A DNA stretch of 64,000 nt from a virus (lineage: Duplodnaviria; Caudoviricetes). Numbering within the stretch: the first letter of the stretch is position 1; each line of letters begins with the position of its first letter. Under the pieces are notes generated by a model. That model saw only the letters and a list, made by a program, of their open reading frames with translations, made no database searches and was not told where the DNA came from. Shown in pieces: positions 19,401 through 27,900 of this stretch. The DNA is taken from the IMG/VR virus record IMGVR_UViG_3300037722_001090. One strand, written 5' to 3'. Position numbers and translations under genes: made by a program.

Positions 19401-21973
19401 GAAGCTTAACAGATGCAGATACTAGCGCAACTATGATTAAGCTAATGAGTGACTCTGCTGTAGGGCATAATGTTACTTCTGCTGTTAATGCATTTGAGAA
19501 GAAATATGGTAAAATTCCAAAACTAAAAAAGACAGAAGAGATTTTGGAAATGATAGGTGGTGATGCCGCTATGGTTCCAGGTGCTATTAGAGATCCTGAA
19601 TTCTTAGCAACAAAAAGCTTCTTAGGTAATAAAAAGAATGAGTTCGGTTTTATGGTCGAAATGGGTGAGCGTAATGTTTATATTCCAGGTAGAGATGTTT
19701 GGAAAGGATATGCAACTGATGAGGGGATGGCTACATTTGATTCTTTATTTGCAGAAACTCATAACTTACTTTTGAATAAAGCTCTAGGATCGAACATACA
19801 TCAAGATAGAGATGAGTACCAAAATTGGGTTAAAAGAATAATCAATGAAACAGGAAGCTCAAAAGAAGGACTACAAAGAACAATTTCATTATCTATTGAC
19901 CATGCAGTTGCTGCAAAACATATAGAAGATCCATCGTTTATTCATAATAAAATTATGATTGGTGCTATGGAGAGCTGGAAAGGTAATGCAGACAAGAAGT
20001 TAATTCCTGGATATGTAGCAAAAGCAGAAGCTCTAGAAAATACATTTGGTAATATAGCTAAAATCGGAGAAAAAGATTTTAGTTCAAGTATTAAACAGCT
20101 TATAACTGACACTAAGACAATAGCTAGTAGCCCTGGAAGCAGACAGACAATGCAAGAGGTTCTTACCTCACAATATGGTGAAGATCATTTTCTACAAAAG
20201 TATGCAAATAGGATGAGTGCAAACATGGACAAGGAAGGTGTAGCCAGTCTTGTTAAGGATATTACAACGGATCATGTTGCTAGTAGTAAGCTACTTATGA
20301 GCAAAATAAAAGAATATGCATCAACAGGGAATGAGTCTTTATTTGGAGAGATAGACACGCTTGTAGGAGGTGCACATAAGATTTTTGCCGTTAGACATCC
20401 TACACTTTATACTGGATCTTATTCAGGATTAATAGCTCTTATTGATAGTCAAATTGAAGGAACACAAAAAATAGCAATAGCACACAGAGCTAGTAAAAAT
20501 ATGGCGTCGGACTGGGACGGAGATACAATTAACTATGTTGACCTTAGATCTAAACTGGGAAGACAAAAAGCATTGAATCTTATTAATACGGATCAGAAAA
20601 TTGCATATGGTGTAATGAGTTCTAAAGTGCAAGACAGAATGACTGGAATTTTAACTGGCAAAGGAACTAATGCTCCATCCGAGGCCCTTGCTTTTTTTAA
20701 CTCACTAGACTCCCCTGCAGCACTAAATACAGTAGCTAAAAATATTTTACATGATGCTCCTGGCTCAACAGCTATTTCATCGTATTTTACTAAAGCAATG
20801 ACCGGTCAATTTAATATCTCTGCAATGGAAACAAAAAACTATATAAGAGATTTATCTGATAGTAAAAACTTATCACAAGAGCATATGAAAGAGCTAGGTC
20901 ACTACTTTGGAGTAATGGCATCTAAGAACTCTGAGCAGGAAGTAATCTCAGCTAAGCATGCAGAGACATGGCTTAAGAATATGAACAAAAGTGAAAGTAA
21001 GATGAACTATCTTACTAATTTAATAGGCGCTCAATCTGGACAAGAACAAATAGCGGAGTCTATTAGAGAGCTTGGATCAGTACATCCTATTGCTCAGATG
21101 GCAGCAATGAACGCCAAAGGTAAAGATAATGAGAAGTTTGCTGGTATGGTTTCTGACTTTATGGATTTTAAGGTAGGATGGAAACAGCTTGAGCAGCCAA
21201 GATTCGAAACTATGTGGGAAGGACTAGGTCTTGAAAAATCTCATGGAGTTAATACCTCAGCAGCTTGGGACATGTACGACTCTTGGTTAAAAGAAGGTGA
21301 ACATATTTTTGGTAATAAAATGGAATCTTCTGTTGCCGCTGGTATATCAGAACTCAGCTATTTAGAAGTTACTAAGCAGGCAATGTTTGATAAGAGATCT
21401 TCTGCAAGTGAAAGTATAGAGGCCATGTTTAGCCGTGCATTAGAGTTTATGAAAATGAGCGATAATGATAGGGCTGGAGATGCTGCAATGGGCGTATTAG
21501 ATAAGCTCGGATATAGGAAAACAGCACTACAGATGCTCACTTTACATGAGCAACAATCAAATATGGCACAAGCAACTCGCAAGATAGCTGGCTTTGATAC
21601 AGTATCTAAAGCAGCACAGTGGATGGTAGAAAAACCTGTTAGATTAGCTGGAGCTGTAGGTATTGGCTTATTAGGCATGACTGCAATTAACCTACTAAGC
21701 GGAGATGGTGGCCTTGAAGATCCAAATGATTTACCTAGTGTTAGTAATCCGGCATTTACAGGCGGTGGTGGAAATGGTATGATGAATACACATGGAGTCC
21801 AGCCACACGTAGGCGTAAACGCTAATGTAAACTTATTAACAGACAGTAACGATAATCCACAAAGTGCACTTAGTTACATTTCTAATATGTTTGGCTATAG
21901 TCAGGGCAGCGTTGTATCTGTTATGCATGATGGTGAAAACCCATACAAAAAAGATATGATGTATTATAATTGA
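16484..21973 (+). CDS. Putative single-chain two-barrel (double-psi beta-barrel) DNA-dependent RNA polymerase, probably virion-packaged
   Basis: 1829 aa. Beta-like motifs MALNPFSEESIQVS (E530/E531) and GHKHAGGVKY (K668,K674). Beta'-like motifs FAVRHPTLY (R1304) and HRASKNMASDWDGDTIN (D1343,D1345,D1347). Possible trigger-loop EQEVISAKH (H1492). Confidence 0.8.
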   Translation: MANNPYYEENSGFGSVLKGASFAGAAGASYMAYKNPEATTRVFNRVVNSVAPLKAPELNPYQSNIVSAREAIFSTMEARNIRRVALDKDMQARALQTIGNVNNWGTVSAVGAGIKGGKSDSFKSLTDILDIEGNEIGTKIHNALEKRFNSKIDAPKFSGTRGTWKIAGEDLSIDFSKKGLDSGLGNSWFKRVGESYYASPYQSKMANRGGGKLGYDVMSPNEFVLNVLQEENAGSGRLAYVESPTKFRNAYEKVIGEKVTGLSGHDDAVKYAVQQVRKEIELGSNASVSNVRTMQKALKKVFNTDTMFVETDPVKLGLFGSEVRVEEYSRYILGNTEPEFKGVGSNRVGRNMNSLTGGSVNIEGNALKVAYNIPHDARTDSSLIRIVNGSGATLKSKNATFMQKMMSLFGGYRLGQDPSSEFAWAVRPTVLPVIAEGDKSMKGALWADDNTVIRKNGTQGISMGKEYFRGTGTKRIEAHRLETLRHMSFIDDTKITEAAASSSDYVKGKIYSQQNKGIYNMTMALNPFSEESIQVSSGMSKHMKVLIPKTATVDTIALKGEESYRRSLLTLMDANGVLDKESFTIKEIMESKALSERVSTGQSKIKIGRGTYLGRKNIGMEISNAEDFYSTFERDGEIIKAKVDMYIDSTDFNQMVESNQRMMGEGHKHAGGVKYIAKAMDDPAKVALTGIRARGAYAVGDDGLLNSLYASAGLGNKQEATISLGMFKKTFPKISNNSLLLGKDSPELLHFTQSALGWQSLQSSMDITLSKNAADHFVGKYVNDASKVLGNQDYYTGRGASKKFSFSKAMRDGAISFTQRTESDAAFAQQYQDTVQVLGTARREWGNNRKVAHIESFSTTNAKDAAKVIDNQIEAIDNMGKLAKGEYAVRLFNKQVDAKELGEQALVRTRVSQGSSAGLGSTKALTMGILGGLQPQEQNWLALGGEFNKMRISWRDMYHFTDKADILRDISVRSLTDADTSATMIKLMSDSAVGHNVTSAVNAFEKKYGKIPKLKKTEEILEMIGGDAAMVPGAIRDPEFLATKSFLGNKKNEFGFMVEMGERNVYIPGRDVWKGYATDEGMATFDSLFAETHNLLLNKALGSNIHQDRDEYQNWVKRIINETGSSKEGLQRTISLSIDHAVAAKHIEDPSFIHNKIMIGAMESWKGNADKKLIPGYVAKAEALENTFGNIAKIGEKDFSSSIKQLITDTKTIASSPGSRQTMQEVLTSQYGEDHFLQKYANRMSANMDKEGVASLVKDITTDHVASSKLLMSKIKEYASTGNESLFGEIDTLVGGAHKIFAVRHPTLYTGSYSGLIALIDSQIEGTQKIAIAHRASKNMASDWDGDTINYVDLRSKLGRQKALNLINTDQKIAYGVMSSKVQDRMTGILTGKGTNAPSEALAFFNSLDSPAALNTVAKNILHDAPGSTAISSYFTKAMTGQFNISAMETKNYIRDLSDSKNLSQEHMKELGHYFGVMASKNSEQEVISAKHAETWLKNMNKSESKMNYLTNLIGAQSGQEQIAESIRELGSVHPIAQMAAMNAKGKDNEKFAGMVSDFMDFKVGWKQLEQPRFETMWEGLGLEKSHGVNTSAAWDMYDSWLKEGEHIFGNKMESSVAAGISELSYLEVTKQAMFDKRSSASESIEAMFSRALEFMKMSDNDRAGDAAMGVLDKLGYRKTALQMLTLHEQQSNMAQATRKIAGFDTVSKAAQWMVEKPVRLAGAVGIGLLGMTAINLLSGDGGLEDPNDLPSVSNPAFTGGGGNGMMNTHGVQPHVGVNANVNLLTDSNDNPQSALSYISNMFGYSQGSVVSVMHDGENPYKKDMMYYN

Positions 21974-21980
21974 GGTAGAT

Positions 21981-24900
21981 ATGGCAATTTCTAATAAAGA
22001 GTTTATTGATGTGCTTAAAGCAGAAGGCTTATGGCCACCACAGGCAAATGCTGAAGCAGCATATGGAGCAGTTGAGTTTCCAGTAGGAAAACTTAAAATT
22101 GATGGAGATGCCTCTTTTACATCTATTTATGTAATGGACGGAGATACCATTGAGTTACATAAGCCCGGATATGTATTTAGTACAACAGGAGATCATGGCA
22201 CAGTACCCGCCGAAGGCATGGATGGCATGGCAACCTCTCTTCGTTATTATGGCTTAGATACAAAAGAGACAGCAAAAGAGGGCACAGGTAAAGCTGCAGA
22301 GCCATATGCTAATTGGCAAACTAGGGCAAACTTAGCCTTATTTAAATATGCAGAAAGAACAGGTAAAAATGTTGATGTTACTGGATACAATCAAGATGCT
22401 TACAAGAGAACAGTTGCTGCAATAAATATTGATGGTACGGATGTAGCTGATCTCTTTGTACGAAATGGTATATCTGCCGCAGGTACCGCCGCAGAAGCAG
22501 GCTTTGTACCTGAAGGGGGGATAACTGTTCGCTCACTGCAAGAATCAATGAATGAGGCAGCAACTAAAGGCTGGGGTCTATGGAATAAAAATCAAATTTA
22601 TGATGTCTTAAGAGATGTAAATAAAGAGACTGAATATCTTGATGGTTATATTAATGATCGATTTGGTAAAGCTAAAAGCATGACAGACGATACTGTTAAG
22701 CTTGGAGACGTATATCTTGATATACCTCCTACACACATAAGTATTAATCAGTTAAGAACATCATATTCTACACCACAATTTGGTGGCGAATCAAAGCCAA
22801 CATCTACAAGTACAGCGCGAACAACTATAAAGCTAAACCTTATTTTTAATGGTGAAGACTCAGTAAACGATGATTTTAAAAGAATCTATTGGCAGTTTAT
22901 CTATTGTCCAATTAACTTACTGTATTCAAAAGATATATACGAGAAGGTTGTTTCAGATAATCCTTATATAGCTAGGATGAATACTGCCACAATTAACACT
23001 GAAGAATCGTCTTCTTCTAAGTCATCTTCGTATTTTATCCCTGTAACTATGGATAGTTGGACCGTATATACTATTGAGGGTCATCCAGGGTCTATTGGAT
23101 GTACAATACAGCTATCTATCTTTAACTATTCTGCATACTTTGAAGGTGCAGGTAATGGCGTTGAATACTATACATATAGTGATAATCCAGGAAAGCATGG
23201 TAATGCAGTTAGATACACTAAGCACCTAGAAGAAGCTATTCACCCATATAACCAATATATCATGAAGCACCTCGGTAATAGCATTCAGCACTTTGATGCA
23301 TCAGATAGTCGCACTCTTATTTTTAAGGTTGAAGATAATAAATCTAGATTTGAAGGTAAACAAGAAGATATTAATGAGGATGTTTCAGATTTATCTGAAT
23401 ATCTAAAAGTTATACTTGAATCAGAAGTTGATGAATTAATGGTTAATGGTTCTGTAACTTTTCATAATAACTTTGCATGGTTACCAATTATAGGATATAC
23501 GCAACCAACAGCACAGTATATTGGTCCTGGTGAAACCAATATGTCACTAAGTATTAGAACTAAAAACAATAAAACCATATCAGGACTATTAGCAACATTT
23601 GGTGAAATGGTTCTTGATAGAACTAAACATACATACTATGATGATAGATACTTAGTGTCCAACTCGCTGTCTAGGCTATGTAAGGCTTCTGTTTGTTCAC
23701 TACGTAATATCTCAATTACAAACGTAGATCATCACCCAGGATGGTCCGATATTAATATTCAGCTCTCTAAGTCTTCCTATGCAGATCATCAGGATGAAGT
23801 AAACCCAGCTGCAGAATTTGATGAATATTTTGGACTACAAAGGTTGATTAAAGCTGCAAATGTAGATGAGGTTATGGAGGCTCTTGAAAGAGAACTTAAA
23901 CTAGCTGACATGACAGATATATCTCTTCCTGCAGAAGATGATTTGCTAGGACAAATGTGTATACTCTCTGGTATAATAAATGCACATTCATACATTAGTG
24001 ATGAAGCATACCTTGGGTACAATGAAATACTTTCTAATATACGTGCTTTTAAAGCAACTATTAATGATAAAGACATGAAAGAGCTTGGATTTTCTAAGCC
24101 TCTTATGGGAGACATAAAAAGTCTAGAGGTAAAAGGTACGGACATAATTGATCGTATGTTCATTCAGTCTCTACCTATATCTGTAAAATCTGACCCTAAA
24201 CAAATGAAAGCAATAGTTGATTTCGAAACATACTATAATGCTAAGAAAAAAGCAGGTGTTGTTAATGAATTTGATTCTTTTGAAAGCGCACTTAGAGGAG
24301 ATAATTCTAAAGAGGGTTTTGAATTAAGAGCAGAGATGATAGATAGGTATTTACCTCTTGATGAAATGATAGATATGACAGGTACTAAAAATAAAATAGT
24401 AGATGTAAATAAACACCTATTTAATGCCTGGGAAGAGTATTGGGGAGATAGACATACAGTAAGGTCGCTAAGCAGTGTATATATAAAAGATTTATTAGCT
24501 AGTGGTGTGGACACATCAGTATATGATGAAGAAATGGAAAATATAGTATATAGGATACTTAGATCCATATCTAATGAAGGCATGATGTTAAGTTACCAGA
24601 AGGCTTGGAATCCGCTAGCTCTTTCAATGGCTCGTGGTCATGCAATTGTTTTTAAGTTTACTGGTACAATATTAGAAGCACAAATAATTAAAGCAGCCCT
24701 TAGGGTTGGAGATGAGACATCATCTATAATTGGAGAGGCAGCTAGTTTTGGTACGCATGGATCTAAAGCAAGAAAGTTTTTTAGTTTACAAAACAATGTT
24801 AAATATCCATCTATTTCAGTAAAGTTAACTTGTCATAATAAGGATGTTGCATATAGTGAATATAGCACTAGTATGTCAGAGGCATCAAAAGAGGCATCAT

Positions 24901-27900
24901 GGTCTTTAGCTACTGCGTTTAGAGCTAAAAAAAGTAATGATGCTATATCTAGCTTTACGGGTAATGATAAGATTAACCAATCAGAAGTAAGTAAAGAGCT
25001 AGCTCTTTTGCGCGAGGATATGGAAGATGTTGCTTTTAGCAGAATACCTATGCCTCATGCAGCACATAGATACTTTCCTTTTATAGATCAGTATATTAAA
25101 CATAGCGAGCTTTTCTCTGCAAGCATGGGTGATTGGTTTAGAAATACAGCAGAAGACGATCCTTATTCATTTTTTGAAGAAGTAAGCGAAACTGTTGAAA
25201 ATTCAGTATCACCGCTCATGAACAATAAGGGGTGGACATCAACTTATCTTCAAAAAAGATATGGAAATACATATATAAACAAAATCAATGAAGATATTAA
25301 TGACCCATCTAAAATAATGGAAGCACTTTCTTTACCTGTATCATCGAAGGATTCAAGCGATAGAAATAAAGATGGATCACTTGCAAGACTTAAAGACGGT
25401 AAGATGGATACATCTATGCCTAAATTTAGTAAAGATATGGTAACAGACTTGCTTGGTAACTATAAGTATGATGAAGACATTGACAATAAGCCATATAGTG
25501 GAACTGTTCATTCAGGAGTATTTATTGCAGGATTCTATGATGGTGCAAAAGATGGTAAGAGAGCAAAAGATTTTAGACAAAATACATATGATACACATTC
25601 TATATGGCTTGATAGTGACGGTGCAATAAGCGGTCTTTATAATAAGCTAAATAGAAATCAATTAGTACCAAACGGAAACATGTTAGTAGAGGCTTCAGAA
25701 GCTCGCGAAACTAATGTTGCCTCAACATTAATTAATGGTGTAGGAAGAAGTTTAGCTGGTCCAATAGATACATCAGTTAAGTATGCTGGTGTATTTAAAT
25801 CAACATCACTTATAATGGCGCTTAATAAAAATCCTAAGATGTTCATGATAGAAACAGATAGGATACCTCCAGCACAATTTGCTCTTGGTCCAGATAGTGG
25901 ACTTAATATTGTTCAGGCTGATGAAAAAATATTGACTATGTTTGTTAGAGCTATTACATCTATACATAAAGGTGGCAGTGCTACAGATTATAAGAATATT
26001 GGATGGTCAGATCGTGCATCTAGACATTATGCTAAGGTTTTAGTTGCAGAAATTAAAACTAAATTAAGAGCAAGTGGATATTCAGACAGTTGTATTTACT
26101 ATGCTAAGCAATCAGAAGTTTCTGCTTTTGTAGCACAGAAAGAAGCTATATCATATGAGGAAGGTGCACCAGAAGAAATCTTTATGAGGGCACTAAGATT
26201 AAGAGCTGACAGTAATTTGCCTGTAGCTGACTTTGTTGATGATCATACAAAAAATATAGTTGCAAGACAATCTATGGCTTCATTAATGTCAACTACATGT
26301 TTAGAGAATGCTTTCCCTACTTATAAGCTATACATTATTGAAGAAGATACATCTGACATTAGGTATTTTTCACTAGACGATTATTATGATCTAAGAACAG
26401 CACAAGACTTAATGATTATAAAATCAAAAGATAATCCAGTACATATTCTAAAAGGTAGAATAATAGTAGATCCAAGATACATAACTGTTACAGATAAGGT
26501 AAAACAAAAAGTATCAAAATACAATGAAGATAGTGAACATGAACTAAATGAGCCATCATTACAGTTTATTGATACTAGGCTTGAAAACTACTTCAATAAA
26601 GGTTTTACACCTTTAAGAGAAGGTATGCGAGTTTGCGTTAAGCTTGGATATCATACTGATCCAAGAATGCTTGATACAATATTTATTGGTACTATTACTG
26701 GATTAAAAGGTAACATGACTTCTGGTGTATATGAACTTGAAGCAAAAGGTGATGGAAGAGAATTATTATCTCCTCCTAGTCCAGAGCTAAGGCCTAACGT
26801 AAGTGGTAAGAACTTTGCAGAGGTAATATCAAAGATACTTAGAACTAATCCAAGTATTATTCACTTTGGTAAAACATATGGATCTTTCATTGAAAAATTC
26901 TCTAGAGATCACTATACATTACTTGCAATAGCTAAGAATGGACTTCTGCAAGGAAGCTCAATGGCAGGTGGTGGACTAATGGGCACAATTGCAGTATCAT
27001 TGTCAATGGCATCTCCACAGAGAGCTATGTATAAGGTTGGAGCTAGAGTAATTGCTGGAATAGTAGGTATAGGTGCTGGTGGACTTATGGCTCAACTATA
27101 CAGCCCAGTACCATATAGTTTAATACAGAAAAGTAGAGATAAGTTTAAGCACGAAGCATTAGCGCAGTATAGTGGACATATATTCAAAGGGCTTTGGTTT
27201 TCAGAGGAGTTTAAAGCTGCAAACTTTTCACAAGCAAAAAAATGGATTCAAGGACATACATTCGATCCAGCAAAAGCGGCAAGAGAGGTTGCAGAGATAT
27301 CTTACAATACACTTAAGTATGGTAATGATCCTATTGATGACAATATATTAGCAGTTGATATTTGGCAAACAGGAATGACTCCATGGAAAACATTCAATAT
27401 GCCTGTTAATGGAGCAAGAACCGTATGGGACATTCTTGTAGATATAAAAAGAATGTATCCTAACTTTGCACTAGACATTAGGCCATATGGCAATAGATCA
27501 ACATTATTTATGGGGCCTTATGAGTCTGAAATGTGGAGAACAGATGACCCTCTACAGGCAATGGCTCCACAGTTATATCAAATGAGCAACGGAGCACCTT
27601 GGGCAGATGGACAGGCTTACGCTGAGCATACTAAGGCTGCTATTGAAAATATGGTTACTAGAGATCAGTTTCATAATGCTACTCCAAATACACGTAATAT
27701 AGCGCCTAGAGAGCCATTCCAAAGAACACACTTAGTGTCTTCCTTTAGCGATATAATTATGAATGGAGTTAGATCTACACCATATAGGGGATGGAACGAT
27801 GTAATAGTTTCTTACTCTAAAGATCCAGATGATGATGATTCGCCTCCAATTGTAAATCAAGTTGTTAATGCACAGCTAGATCCTAAAGCTAAAAGGACAA

